A DNA stretch of 41,829 bases, from contig NC_068983.1 of the NCBI RefSeq assembly GCF_001194135.2, forward strand, positions 89,030,788-89,072,616, in the 5' to 3' direction. The translations under genes and the position numbers were made by a program. The notes beneath the pieces were generated by a model. It had not been told where the DNA came from. It ran no database searches and saw nothing but the letters and a program-made list of their open reading frames with translations. This document shows positions 9,800-23,946 of the stretch, in pieces; position 1 is the first letter of the stretch, and every line of letters starts with the position of its first letter. The DNA is from Octopus bimaculoides (taxonomy: Eukaryota).

Positions 9800-12480
9800 A
9801 TTAGAGATGGGGATTGTGGTAGACACAGTGAATATCAGTTTAAGGTGGCAGGGTGAAGGAAATAAGAATGGCTCAGGGAGAAGGAGGAGGTGATAAGGGA
9901 CAGTAGTAGGAACACAATGTGAAGTGTAAGAGGATAAATAGTATCATTTACAGCACCTTGAGTGAGAGGTACTGCAATTAGAAGACTGATGGAGTGATAG
10001 GTGTTAGAAGATGAATTGCAGGGGAAAGCTAGACAGTACGTCATTTTGTTGGGATCGCTGCATCTTCTCAAGTGCAGCATAGTACCACTGATTTCAGTCT
10101 TTTGGCATCTCCTCCCTAAGGTTCAACATCTTGAGGCTGGTCTTCACTGTTTCATCTCACATCTTCCTAAGATTCCCTCTTCCACAGGCTCTTCCCACCT
10201 TTAGCAATCAGCAGTACTTTACACAACTGTCCTCATCTATATGCATCACATGACTATATCAGTGCAGTCTTCTCTCTTGCACATTACATCTGATGCTTTT
10301 ATACTCAATTTTTCTTTCAACACATTTATACTTTGCAGTACATGTACACTAACATTGCACATTCAGTGGAGCATGTTAGCTTCATTTTTTTGTAGTCTTC
10401 ACATGTCCTCTGTATTCATAGTCTAAGTTTCACCACCATGCAGCATTGATGTTTGTAAACAAACATCATACAATCTGCTTTTTACTCTGAGAGAGCCCTT
10501 TTGTTACCATCAATGTAATGTATTTTAGCAACTATACATTCAGAACATATCCTTCCACTGATAGTTAGGTCATGTAGGTGACAGAAACTATCTATTACAT
10601 CTAAGGATCCTACAGGGCATTCCAGAAAAATCTATTTCCCATGTGTTATTAGTGTCTATTGCGCCAGTAAATATGCCACAAATGAAGTTTACTTTCTCTG
10701 CTAACCTTCCTTTGATTCCACTGCACCTTTTATGTATCCATAGTTTGCATTGAGTACACCATGTAGAATTTTTACCTACACCTTTTCTAAATAGTGAATA
10801 GGACCAATTACCTGAAGGAATTAACATCCTATCTGTTTTTCCTACTAAGAACTTTGGTTTTTGTTAAGTTAGATTTAAGGTCCTTTGATTCTAGGATTTG
10901 CTTCCACATCTGGAATTTCATTTCTAATTCTACTACAGTTTCAGCTATAAGAACAAGGTCATTAGCACAGAGGAGTTTCCATAGGCAACCAATCTTAAAT
11001 TCCTCAGTTATAGTTAGGAAGACTACAATAAATAGGAAAGGAATGACAACTGAACCCTAGTGAACTCCTACTTGCACACTAAATTCATTACTGTACTCAT
11101 GCCCAACTCTCACCTTACTGAAAGCAACCTTGTACATGGCTTGAACAATTCTCACCAGCCATTCATCTACTCTTCCCTTCTGCAGTGACCACCAGATGAA
11201 GGAGCAAGCAACCTGTCAAAGCTTTTTCCAGATTTACTTTTGGATAAATATTTCTCCTGCAGTTACCTTATGAGAAAGAGAGCATCAGTAGTGTTTCTCC
11301 CAAGTACAAAACTAAACTGTATTTAATTTAACTCTCTTCCTAATTAGTTAACTTGTAAATCTTTCTATACTTTCATGATCTGGTCAAACAATTTTATTTC
11401 TCTGTAATTACTTCTAAGAAATCTCCTTTATCCTTATAACAGTTGACAATAATGCTGTTACACCAACTGCTGGGTATGATACCTTCCTGTACAACTTGAT
11501 TTACTATACAGGTGACTGAGCTGTATCCCACTCCATCAGATATTTTAAGCATCTCAGTAATAATTTGTGATGGGTCAGCATCTTTCCCTGTCTTCATATC
11601 CTTAATTGCTTCATCTATTATACTGCTGTCAACATGAATAGCAGAACCTGCTCTTTCTTCCATTCATTCTCTAATATAACACCTCCATGCTTCTTTGTTT
11701 TCAGAACCACTGTGTAGAAGTGTACAATTACCCTTCTGTACACACATCTCTACCACATCTTGATTTTCTCTGAATCACTGCATTTTGTCCTCATGCCATA
11801 GAACATTGACAAACCTCTTTCTTTCAGTTTCTTCCCTCACTGTCTTCTAGCTTCTCTTCAAGCTACCTGGTATACTTTTCTGCTGCTCCCATTCTTCCAA
11901 TCCTGCTTCTTCATTTTTGTGGCGCTATATCCCTCACTGTTCTAACACCATGTCAACCTTAATCAGGTGGAACTTTACACCAGCAGGTTGTTCTATAAGA
12001 ACTTCCATTTGTCCTGTATATTATGTGTCTCTGTCTCTTCCTTCTCATCAAATGCCTCAATTAAAACTTCTCTAAATCTCTAACTGTTAAAAAGATCCTT
12101 AAGCTTCCATATCCTCCTTTTCCAGATAAGTTTGTGTCTCTGAGTCCAAGTAGCTCTTAGTTTTTGTCACTAACTACTAACCTATATTGTGAAATACATT
12201 CTTCACAAGAAAAAGACTGCATTCACAAGAGTCTGCTTTACCTGTTTTTTGGTGAGGATGTAATCAATCTGGTTTATGTGCCCACCAGATTGATAGGTGA
12301 TCAAGTGGCTGGTAGGCTTTCTGAGTTAGTGCTGCAGATCAACCAACCAGTCAGTCACATCACAGAACTCCAGCAGCCTTGTTCTCTCCTCATTTCTAGA
12401 ATCAAATCTGTAAGTTCTGTGTACACCATGAAATCCAATAGAGTGCTACCTAATATGTCTGTTGAAACCACCTGCCTCAA
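9800..12480 (-). mobile_element. RTE-clade LINE with APE endonuclease C-terminus and RT, internally deleted and degraded
   Basis: Minus-strand peptides RNEENKAAGVL/LLEFCD...RKPTSHLITYQSGGHINQIDYILTKK, WKRRIWKLKD, AIKDMKTGKDADPSQIITEMLK...NCYKDKGD, GKNSTWCTQCKLWIHKRCSGIKGRL, QERRLHW. Boundaries are approximate. Confidence 0.85.
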
Positions 12481-12486
12481 ATTTAT

Positions 12487-12527
<41 letters not shown>

Positions 12528-13595
12528 TGAGAGATAAAGCTTGAACAGTGAAAATAATGCCTAATAAACTCAAACAACTAAGAAATCGAGATACTGCCAT
12601 TGTCAGAACTATACACTCTTTCTATTGTATGGCTTTTACTCCTTAACAATTTCACAGCAAGACTAATTAAGCATTCTTATACAGAATTAGATAAATAAAT
12701 TTCTGTATGGTATATTATGTACTCTACTTCACATTGTGTATTAGTTTGCATGTAAGACAAGCATAAATTTATCTTATAAGCAAGCATATAAAAAAAATAA
12801 TAAAAACAAGAAAAAATATCTCATTACATCAAATAATTATTATTCTCATAATTAACCTTAATTTACATAGCTGTGAGAAATGTTTAAATATTGCTGCTAG
12901 AAACTGGGTATCTTATTTATTGTCTGCCAATATACTAATGTGTAACACTGGCTATGTACACACACACACACACACACGCACATGCACACACACACACACA
13001 CACACACACTATAGTGACTGTTGTTACACTGCAGAATCAATACAGAACAAAGATTTACGTAAATCATATTGGAAAAACAGAAGTGTCATGTAAAACAGCA
13101 ATGTTGTAAAGTAATAACTAAAGTTGAAAATAAAATAAAACTTTGCTGATCAAACAAAACTGTGATACTTTTACAGTTTTCAGAGATAAATTCAGTAAAC
13201 AAGTTTGGTTTTTATTGATTTTCAATTAGATTAGGAGAGAACAATTTCAGAAAGTATTCCTCAATAACAAGATCAAAAAAAAAAATGAAAAAAAAAAGGC
13301 TGTATTCTGGAAAACATATGGTATTATTAACTGACAAGAATAAAATAGTCTCAATTTTAGAATATGCAGTTTTGTTCTAAAATATTCTTTAAATATTTCA
13401 AGATTGTCCAGTTAAAATATTTTTCCCAATTTTCTTTTTAAATATCTCCACAGACAGACGATTTCAGTAGTTTTTCTATCACTAAAGAAAGAAAAATCTA
13501 TGATGTGGGGAATCTATTTTGTTTTATCTTCTATTTTCTTCAAATAATTTTGCAACATTTTTTTAAAAGTTAGTTTAATGTCGAATAGGTTAAGG

Positions 13596-15919
13596 CAGTG
13601 TTTCCCAAACTTTTCATGCCAAATTGGAATGTTGCCCACCTATCAGCAAAAAAATGCTCCATCGCCCACCTGTGTAAAAAAAACCTGATGCAATTGACTG
13701 CACTGACCTCAAATGGATTACTATATCAGTTTGGAATATTCATCTTGAAATCACTCCACCATGTCACCATGCAATAATTGTAAATAGTTGCGGTATGTAG
13801 TTAAATCCTCATCAACCAATTCATCTTTCAAAGAATCAAGGTGTGGAAATTGATGGAATTGACATTTTGAAATGTTACTCTTATACAGCACCAATTTCGA
13901 AATGAAGGTAGTGATAAATAAATGATTTACAGTCAATGAGAGTTTTTCTGTTTCCTTGCAATAACTTATTCAAATCATTTAATTTTGTGAATATATCACA
14001 AAGAAAAGAGATATCGCACCTTGCAGCCATCAATGAAGCAGATAGTGGAGTATCTTCAAAGAAAGGTATGATTATATGAAACAGTTTATCAAAGTGTAAA
14101 ACACAGTTTCCTTTTCACAGCCACTGCACTTCGATATGGTATAAGAATTTAGTATAGTCCTCAGCATTTCTCTGACAGAGTTGACGGAAAATTCAATCAG
14201 ACAAGGGACTGGACTTCAATTTGTTCACAGTCTTGATAACTAACCATAGCACATGGTTCAATCTACTATTCATATTTTTTGCCACATAAATATTTCTGGT
14301 GTGCCAAGCAATGAACAGTTAGTATCCAGTGGGAAATTTCAGGCTTTGGGAGAGATGAAAAACCTCTGTATTTTCCTATCATTGAAGGAGCTCCATCAGA
14401 TGCACAGGCAAGAATATTACTGAGTGGGATATTATGTTCAAAAAGGAAAGACTTGGGAGTGTGAAAAATAGTTGCACCTTTTGAATCAAGCAGAAATTTC
14501 TCTGTGAACAACATTTCCTCACAAGGTTGAAGGTCTTTGCTGAAACACCAAATATATATATTAATTGTCACACAACAGTTGACTCAACCACTTATGTAGA
14601 TAATTCAGAACGCTGGAGAATATTAATGAGCTGATATTTGACATTGTTGACCATTTCATTGATGCATCAAGAAATCTTGTTATTATTAAGTGGGATTTTT
14701 TTCATTATATTATCGGGTTTTCCGTGCATAATGGTTGACAAAACCTCTTCGAGAACTAGGTGAAGTAATGTTTCTCCAATTGTGTGAGACTTTCCAGACT
14801 TGGCAACAAGCCATGCAATGTTGTACGATGCAATTAATCCATCATTCTCCTGCATACTAATTTCCTGAAGTAGCGTGCTGAATGTTTGTGTTTGCTTTTT
14901 GAAAGAAGCACTCAGTTGCAAAGAGTATGACAATGGCTTGGCCTTCTACTCAGAATGCTTTGCATCAAAGTGATACTTCAAGTGTGAAGGTTTCTTTGCT
15001 TTGTAGGTCAATGTTTGATGGCAAAGAAAGCACATTGGTAACTGACAGTTCTGAGAAGAGGGAATAAATCCAAATGATAAATAATCACTACTGTACTGTC
15101 GATAAATTTCCTTGACTGGGGGAATGAGTAAGGTGAAAATGAGTTTCTATGGATGGCATCAGAAAGACAGTATGGTATTCTCAAGAAAAGAAGTTGATAG
15201 AGTAGAGTCAGATGACATGTCTTTACTGAAGCAAATACAGATCTAGTTTGTTTGGCTGCCAGTATTTCAAAAATTAAAGTTTATTCAAGTTTTTCCAAAA
15301 AAATGTTTTTAAAAAGTTGTAGAGGTTTAAAGTCTGATCATTTTCAACCACACAAGAAACACAATATCAAAGCTGACATTTCGTGCATGACTGCACATTG
15401 TGTCAGCATTCTGAAAATAGCACTTGTGTTTCAATATGAAGCTGTAGAATTATGCAAGACATATAACCCCTCATAACTTTTTTATTTTTTAGAGTTTTCA
15501 GAATTTTTTTGCGAATTTGTATTCTACAGGCAGAACTTCATACACTTATGTAAAAAAAAAATTGTGGTAGAGCATGATTCAAGGCCTAGGCCTATTTGGC
15601 TGCTATTTTTAGCACATGTGACAACCATCTCAATGACTGTGCGACAAAAATATTCAGTCAATAACCAAGTCCACATTTTTAATACAAAGGGATGCCTTAT
15701 GTGAGTAGTCAAATCGATAAAAGTACATTCTTATTCTAGGCATGCCTAGATATAAATAAATGCAGAATGAATTTCTAAAAGTTCTTTGTCACCCACAAAA
15801 GGTTACATCAATCACCAAAATCTCAAATCACCCACCATTTTCTAGAAATTCACCCATCACCCACCTGTAAGTTGAAATCGCCCACTGGTGAGCAATATCA
15901 CCCACTTTGTGAAGCTATG
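13596..15919 (-). mobile_element. hAT superfamily, Buster/Charlie-type DNA transposon; defective, with the transposase C-terminus deleted
   Basis: Perfect 8-bp TSD GGTTAAGG at 13588-13595 and 15920-15927 (NNNTANNN, the Buster consensus). TIRs CAGTGTTTCCCAAA / TTTGTGAAGCTATG match 10/14. Peptides RQYSSDYLSFGF...PMCFLCHQTL...KPSHLKYH, ASYNIAWLVAKSGKSHTIGETL, ACASDGAPSMIGKYRGF...VHCLAHQ. Confidence 0.93.
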
Positions 15920-16239
15920 GGTTAAGGTGTAAAGGGGTGGTAGTGTTCACAACTGAAAGCTGTCAGTTGTAGTGTATAGAAGAAACAATAGACTACACTG
16001 GACAAGAAGAGAAAGATTGATAAGGAGAACTTAATATTCATTTTGAAAAAACATGCCCAAAGCACAAGTTTTTGCCCCCAACTACCACTACCATGGCATC
16101 TTCTCTGTAATACCTAACTTTAAGTCATTGTGTCAGAAGTCTTCACTCTTTTCTTTACACCTATTTTACACAAGGTCATCAAGACTGAAAAATGTTTGTT
16201 CAATGCACAATTCAGTATTGATGATGTTGACTTTTTAAT

Positions 16240-16480
16240 CATTAAGCAGACTGACTATCAGATTGCTCAACTGCAACATGTTGCAAGGAAATAGAGGTAT
16301 TATGAGTAAATGAGGTAACTTCTATGCAGTTTCTAGAAATGCTAGAAATAGCACAAAATCTCTTTCAAATCTCATCTTCTTAAAAAGGAGGAATGCATTG
16401 GATTATGTCTGAAAATAGATTGAATGGTTACTTTTGATCATAAGACAGCTCAATAAGGGTTGATCAGGGGCTAAACAATA
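16240..16480 (+). mobile_element. SINE-like repeat ending ...GATCAGGGGCTAAACAATAAT
   Basis: Shares its terminus with 17930-18172 (+) and with the inverted fragments at 20290-20410 and 3750-3820. Confidence 0.5.
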
Positions 16481-16671
16481 ATATAGAAATGAAATACAAT
16501 ACACAACAAATCTCTTTAAAGTTATAACACACAATGCTTCACCAAAACTATTCCAATAAGATAGATGCCAATGATGATGTTGAAGATGACAACAATAATG
16601 ATTGTGTTCAATGTAACAATGCCATTGATTCCCTTAACAAGCTACAAATGAAAGGTTACCATTGAGAAAAG

Positions 16672-16715
<44 letters not shown>

Positions 16716-16807
16716 CAGTTTATAAGAAATAAAAAACATTAAAGATAAAAATTCAGTTCAACAAATAAACAAATCGGTGATAAGGAGTAAAATTTCAGCC
16801 CTGTTAC

Positions 16808-16906
16808 CTCTAATAAGTCTAAATATATCCACCAAAAGATACTCTCGACAAGGACTTTTGTGTTCTCTGACAAAAAAATGGTTTCAAATACAACACGGGT
16901 CTTGTT
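16808..16906 (-). CDS. FAM227B: Host gene exon B, carrying the FWW motif (99 nt, phase 0-0)
   Basis: Acceptor ttttgctttactattttaattttcag, donor GAG|gtaaca. Encodes NKTRVVFETIFLSENTKVLVESIFWWIYLDLLE versus recalled FAM227B ...[25 protein letters not shown], with identical FLSE-to-FWW spacing. Confidence 0.85.
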
Positions 16907-17929
16907 CTGAAAATTAAAATAGTAAAGCAAAATATATTGTAAGGAAAAGAAAGAAAAAACAGAAATTTAAGATATATTTCAAGACTTTCTTTTCTTCATT
17001 TGGATTTAGACAAAATATCAGAGACAAATGGGATGTTAGACACATTCCTTAATGGTATAATTCCTTAGTTTTTCAGTTCACTTCTGTACAACATTATGAT
17101 TATTTAATATTGCTGTATCAGTCCTTTCTGTCATAGCAAATTCATGTGAGGTTCGTTATGGATTATCTTATGTGGTCTGCTTGCATGCTAAAGCTCTATA
17201 CTATTTTCATATTGCCATTTTTCTTAGACAAGAGAAGGTTTATATCAGTACCAGAGAATCCTTTCTTTGAAACACTTGAAATTAGATGGCAAGGTGTAGG
17301 CAGCACAGCTTTGCTTTATATTATGTTTTTAAGTATATTTTGTTGGAACAACCTGGTATAATGTGCATTGTTTCACAAAATTCTTCACACAGGTGAGATT
17401 TGTCATCCATATTATTGAAATAGTGAATATTCTTTTCAATGTATCCATGTGAAGGCCAGTTTTTTTTTTTATCATAAATGTTGTTGCTTCTCATTCAGGA
17501 CAAATATGTGCATCCAGGTTACAGATAGTCTATTATCTATACATGAGGTATTATAGTTCATGAAAATTATGGCCATATAAAAGCATGGTTGTTCACCATG
17601 GCTGATCTATATGTCATCAACATGTCTATGTCTAAACCAATTTCTTGTGAGGATTCTCTTACTACAGTTATAATCAATTTGCTACCTTTTCTTTTTATCA
17701 GGTCTTGTCGCAGCAGATCTTGTGAACTGAAAGGTACTGGATCTAATACTTAAGTTGTCTCCCACATCCCATTTCCAGGGATGTACTGTCATTACTGTCA
17801 CTAGATATCAGACTTATTGTGTGGTTATGCAATGATTTTTTAAAAACGTTTTCTAGTATTATAGTCTAAAAAATTCAGTTATGTTCCAGTCTAATACAGA
17901 GTTATAAGTTACAGTTATCACAACAAATA

Positions 17930-18172
17930 TGTTTTTTAACTGCTTGGTAGACAAACCAGGATGAGAGCCTTTTCATGATGGCTCAACCTGCTAGAGATAG
18001 TAGCCAATTATCCTCAAATCACACCCTATCTTCTCAAAAAAAAAAGAAAGGGACACATCAGATGATGTAATTTTAGATATACTAAGCTGTTTAAAATTAG
18101 ACAGGATGACCAGAACATCTCTGAGCATAGTTTTACTTGATCATGGCTAACCTGCAGCTAAATAACAACAAA
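17930..18172 (+). mobile_element. SINE-like repeat with ...GCTAAATAACAACAAAA end
   Basis: Terminal similarity to 16240-16480. Confidence 0.5.
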
Positions 18173-18326
18173 ATATTAAAATGAATACAAATAATTACAA
18201 GTTAAAGTGAATTAGCTTCACTTTTCTACATTCCAGATTTACCTTTCATCCCTCTGGAGTTAATAAAATGAGCACCAGCATAAGATAGGGGTTGCTTCAA
18301 TCAACTGTTCTTATCTCCTCCAAATA

Positions 18327-18468
<142 letters not shown>

Positions 18469-19582
18469 TTCTGATACATGTGACCATTCATTCATTATGT
18501 GATTCAGTTAGGGGATGTAGTTTGAAAGCCATCCTCTAGACAAGAAGTTTATGTACTACAGGAAAGTCTGATAATTATTAAACCAGATCTGGATGAAGTA
18601 TGGTAAATTAAAACAAAAATGCATTTGTAATGGATTTGAACTTATGACAAAATAATTTGAAAATCTAACACTTTATCTACTCCATTTCACCCAACCAGCT
18701 CCTGCTGCTGCTGCTCCTCCACTGTCATCATCGTCATCATCATTTTCCATACTATTAAGAACATCTAAAATAAATACAGCAATAGATGAGAGATGTCTGT
18801 CAAAAAGAAATCATTGAGTGTCAGAATAAAATCCAACACATATTGAAAATTCTACAAGAATCAGTAGAATGAACTCGCTTTCAGTGTTATTCAATAGTAA
18901 TATAATTTTCAATCGTATTATTTAAGATATGGAATGCAGACATAGCATGTGCAAACCTGATAAATGTATATAAACAGTAATTGATCGATATTTCTTTCAT
19001 GCATACATACTAAACACATACATGCAGGCACATTTACATAGATGTACTATAACAGTTTAAGTTCCATTGCTCATTTCTTTTTTTACAACAAGAATCCATT
19101 TCTGCACTGCACCACATACAAATGTATGATAATGAAAAATAAATAATAAATAAAACCAACAAGAGGCTAAGGATAGAAAATTAATAAACTGATCAATAGT
19201 ATATGATCTGGTTGATGGCTTGTGACAGAAGGATCTTTGAAACACTTTCCTAAACTGAAATACATAATGCAAGAAGGCATTCTCTTTATAGAAGAAAAGA
19301 GCCAACAGATATGAATGTTATACAAAAGTGAAATAAACATAAACATTCCGGTTTTGGAGAGATGAAGACAGTTGATTCAATCAACTTATGTATTTTACAA
19401 GTGCTTTTTATTTTATTGATACCAGAGGCAAAATGCAAAGCATATATAAATTAACAAGTTGGGGAGAGCATAGGAACTTGGTAGATTGTAGCTTAGAAAT
19501 GTGGAAAATTAAGTTTAATGCTCTACTATTTCTGCTAATTTGCTATATTCATGACAATGAAATGTTGATACAACAAAACAGA

Positions 19583-19956
19583 ATGACTATGTGGTAAGAC
19601 TTTTGCTTCCCAAACACATGGTTCCAGGTTCATTCCCACTGTGTGGCACCTTGGCCAAGTGTCTTCTGCAATAGCCTCGAGCCAACCAAAGCCTTGTGAA
19701 TGGATTTGGTGAACAAAAACTGAAAGAAGCCTATTGTGTATGTGTGTGTATGTGTGTGTGTGTGTCTTTGAGTCTATATTTGTCCACCACCACCATCACT
19801 TAACTAATGTTGGTGTGTTTACATCCTTGTAACTTAGCAGTTCAGTAAAAGAGATCCAATAAAATAAGTACCAGGATTGATTAGCTTGACTGAAATTCCT
19901 CAAAGTGCTGCCCCAGCATGGCTGCAGTCTAATAACTGAGACAAGTAAAAGATAAA
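19583..19956 (+). mobile_element. tRNA-derived SINE, near full length, with an internal (TG)n
   Basis: ATGTGGTAAG...CATGGTTCCAGGTTCATTCCCACTGTGTGGCACCTTGGCCAAGTGTCTTCT...CTGAAAGAAGCC (B-box-like GGTTCATTCC), with tail CCCCAGCATGGCTGCAGTC...ACAAGTAAAAGATAAAA. Confidence 0.85.
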
Positions 19957-20429
19957 AAATTAAAAAGTGAAGAACAAGTCACACAGCAACATGATGGCTC
20001 TCAACCTGGTAAAGGGAATGGTGACCCTGAAGATAATGTTTGAAGGAAGTGGGAGTGCTCATGCAAAGTAATGGAGTGATCATGAAATTTTAAAATTTGA
20101 ACAAATTTAATCTCAATTCTCAATGTTGAATATTAGAAGACTAAAATTACCAAAGAGCAGGACACTTGGAATGAAAGACACATAAAAACAATGAGGGGTA
20201 CTCCAATTTTACTTTAAAAATTTGAATAAGTTAAATTTTGATTTGAGGCACTGAATAATAAAATAATATTAAACCCAAGATTACTAGTTATTATTGTTGT
20301 TGTCATTGTTTAGCCTCAGATCAGCCCTGGTTCAGTAGACCTATGATACTGTGTCAACCATGATTATCCCATCTTTTATACACCTTGGATTATATTGGCC
20401 AATATGTCATACTATTTTTAAGATAATAA

Positions 20430-22495
20430 GTTATCATCATCATTTAGCATCCATTTTCCATGCTGATATGGGTTAGACAGTTTGACTGGAACAGGTAAGC
20501 CAGAGAGTTGTACCCAGATCAAGTTTGGTTTGGCTTGGTTTCTACAGCTGGATGCTCTTCCTAACACCAACCACTCCAAGTGTGTAGTGGGTGCCTTTTA
20601 AGTGTCGCCAACACAGGTGCCTCTTCCGTGTCACCAGCACAAGTGCTTTTTACATGTCACCAGCACTGGCACCTATTATGTGTTACCAGTGCTAGTCACA
20701 ACTATGATGTTACTTGGCTTGATATGTCTTCTCAAGCACAGCAAATCACCAAATGTCATGATCACTTGTCATCACCTCTGTGTGACTTAACTTCTGAAGA
20801 TCATGCTTCACCACCTCATTCTTTGTCTTCCTTGGTCTACTTCTTCTACAGGTTCCCTCCACAGTTAGAGAGAAGCACTTCTTTATGCAGCTAACCTCAT
20901 CCATATGCATCACATGACCATACCAGCACAGTCTTCTCTTTTGCACACCACATCTGATGCTTCTTTTTCATAATTTTTCTCTCAAGGTGTTTACACTCTG
21001 TTCTACATGTACACTTACATTGCACATCCAGCAAAGCATACTAGCTTCATTTCTTTCAAGCCTTTGCATGTCCTCTGTAGTCATAGCTCATGTTTCTCTA
21101 CTGTGTAGCATGGCTGTTCACACAAAGCATCATACAATCTGCCTTTCACTCTGAGGGAGGGACCCTTTGTTACCAACAAAGTTAAAAGCTCTCTGAACTT
21201 TACCCAGCCTATTCTTATTCTAGCAGTTATGCTCTCAGAACATCCACCTCCACTGCTGACTTGGTCCCTTAGATAACAGAAGTTATCTACTGCTTCTAAG
21301 TATCCTCCTTAGCATTTGATGGAGTCTATTTTCTGTATATTTCTAGTGTCTAATGTACATGTACATCTGCTATACACAAAGATTACTTTCTCCGTTAACC
21401 CTCCTGTAAATACTGCTGCACCTCTTATGTGTCTAAAGCTTACACTAAGAACACCTTATGGAGTTTCTACCTATGCCTTTTCTACATATCAAGCAGGGCC
21501 ACCTCCCCAAAGGGATCTGTGATTTGTCTGTTTTCCTACTTACTAAGACTTGAGTCTTTACTAAATTAACTCTAGGACCTTTTGATTCTAATCCTTGCTT
21601 CCACTCCTGAAATTCTTCTCTAGTTCTGGCAGTGATTCAACTATAAGAACAAGGTTATCAGCATAGAGGAGCTCCCAAAGGCAGCCTATCTTAAATTCCT
21701 GTTATAGCTTGGAGGACTATGACAAACAAGAGGAGACTGAGAACCAATCCTTGGTGAACTCCTACTTGTACACTGGATTCGTTGCTATACTTGTTGCCAA
21801 CCCTCACCTTACTGACAACATCCCTATATATAACTTGTACAGCTCTCATCAACTACTCATCCGTCCCTAGCTTCCAAATTGACCACCAGATAAGGGAGTG
21901 AGGAACCCTGTCAAAGGCTTTCTCCATGTTAACAAAAGCCAAGTACAGGAGTTTATTTTTGGCCAAGTACTTCTCCTGCAGCTGCCTCACCAGGAATATA
22001 GCATCAGTGGTGCTTCTCCATGGTACAAACCCAATCTACATCTCATCTAGGTGAACTCTCTTCCTAATTCGTTGTGCTATGACTCTCTCTGCAACTTTCA
22101 TCACTTTGTCCAACAATTTGATACCTCTGTAATTATTTCTGTCTAAGTCATCGCCTTTACCTTTGTAGCAGTTGACTATGGTACTGCTACATCAGTCATT
22201 GGGTATGACTCACTCGTGTACAACTTGATTAACTATATGGGTGACTAGACCATAATCCAGACTGCCTGATATTTTAAGCATATCAGTAGTGATTCCTGGT
22301 GAGCCAGAGGCTTTATCTACCAAACTACTATCTATTCGGATTGCTGGTCCCTCTGTTGGATCCACATTAGGCAAACTCTCCTTCTCCCATGTGATCTCTA
22401 CATTTAGCAGCCTTTCGTAGTGACACTTACAAGTTTCTTTCTTTGCAGAGTCACTAACTGCAAGTGAGCCATCATCCAAGTGAATGCACTTCTCT
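20430..22495 (-). mobile_element. RTE-clade LINE, 5'-truncated, with internal deletions
   Basis: (CAT)n tail at 20433. Peptides KKETCKCHYERLLNVEITWEKESLPNVDPTEGPAIRID, RCGVQKRRLCWYGHVMHMDEVSCIKKC...RSRPRKT. Confidence 0.9.
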
Positions 22496-23599
22496 CCAAA
22501 AACATTATAATTTTCCCTAAGGTTCTTGGGTGCTTATTGTAGCCATAAGGTGTAGAGGGTATAAAAGGTTAACAGCCTCTGATATAAGAGTGCAGCTAGT
22601 CATTACTGATGAAGTGTGCTGTTTAATTATGGTCAGAAATGATGGACCAATATTTTAAATGTTATCACAAACACTGGAAACAACAACCAACAATATCAGC
22701 AAAACCTATAGATTATGACAGAATATAAAAGACTAGTCATAGATTAGTGAAGTGACAGAAGTGATAGAACAGTAAACAAAATAACTTGTAGTTATCTAAT
22801 TGCGTCCTATGTTCTAAGTTCAAGATACTGTTAAAGTTGATTTTTGCCTTTCTTGCTCTGCAGATGAAGTAACCATCAACCAAGTACTGGGATAAATTAA
22901 CTGCCATTACTCCAAATTTGTGGTGTTATGCCAATGTTACAATTTATCATTATAGTATTATTATAGGATAGAGAATCTAAATTGGAGAAAAGGAGATCTA
23001 AAGGGAACTAATGAGAACATTACAGCTCTTACATCAATGCTATAGATTTTCATTTGTACCTATTCTCATACACACACTGGAATATATAACAAGAGATTTG
23101 CATAAAAGCCTAGAAATGCTGGATTCTCCAAGAAATAACAAAGGAAATTGATTAATGCTACAGTGAAAATATATAAAATATTCTATAAATTCTCCATTTC
23201 AGTTTCCCAGAATGAACATATGCCTACAATCCCATGTACACAGAACATACACACACATTCACAAACTGTACTTGTGTACTCAAGTGAGATGTTCATCTAT
23301 TACATGAGTGCAAGTGTATCCATACATGCACATACCTATATGCCACCACAGACTTATTCACATATTCACAAATCTCAGGAATTGCCTTGACTCAAACAAT
23401 AAAATCTTGATTTTGTGAAAAAAGAAAAATCATTTATACATACTTAAATATAGGGAGGCACAGCTGTCCCCAGCAAGCAATTATGACTTAGTAGTAAGGA
23501 CCAAACTTGTTTTAGATGATTATGTAGTCACATGTAGACTTAAATAAACACAGTGGTTCTCCCACCATTGACCCAGCAGAATACCAAGGACATGACAAA

Positions 23600-23775
23600 T
23601 GAAGGGAGTGAAGGCTACACTAGAAATTGTCTGCTGTTCATTTTCAGGAGAGTAGATTGAAGCAATATCAAATGAAATGCTTTCCTCAAAGGCAGAACAT
23701 TCTTCCTGGTCTAGGGATCAAATACATGACCTTAGGATTGTTAGGGTAACATCTTAACTACTGACCCTATGGCAT
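23600..23775 (-). mobile_element. Degenerate tRNA-derived SINE head
   Basis: Reverse complement GGTCAGTAGTTAAGATG...GGTCATGTATTTGATCCCTAGACCAGG...TTTGAGGAAAGCATTTCATTT resembles the 31050-31389 family. Confidence 0.5.
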
Positions 23776-23946
23776 GGATGTAAGAGCTTCATATCTTGGA
23801 AAAGAATAAGCTGTGGTTTTCATGTAAGCAAAAGATGATAAGGAAATTGAGATAGAACCAAAGTCCAGAAGTGTCAAGTATAAAAAGCAAGAATAAAGAG
23901 TAAAAACAAAAGCAGAATAAATACTAAAGACTGTGAAGCAACATAC

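Noticed and set aside
13300-13325. CTGTATTCTGGAAAACATATGGTA resembling a pogo/Tigger TIR
   Set aside because: No partner TIR or transposase remnant was found.
3974-17733. Plus-strand cryptic exon-like segments (3974-4056, 9696-9754 with tandem GTAAGT donors, 17702-17733) suggesting an antisense gene
   Set aside because: The joined peptide is unrecognisable and hits a stop. Such signals are expected by chance in AT-rich introns.
22600-22650. CTGATGA(22606)...GAAA(22636), a possible third hammerhead
   Set aside because: Stems I, II and III do not pair convincingly and there is no NUH plus stem I return. At best it is a heavily decayed relic.
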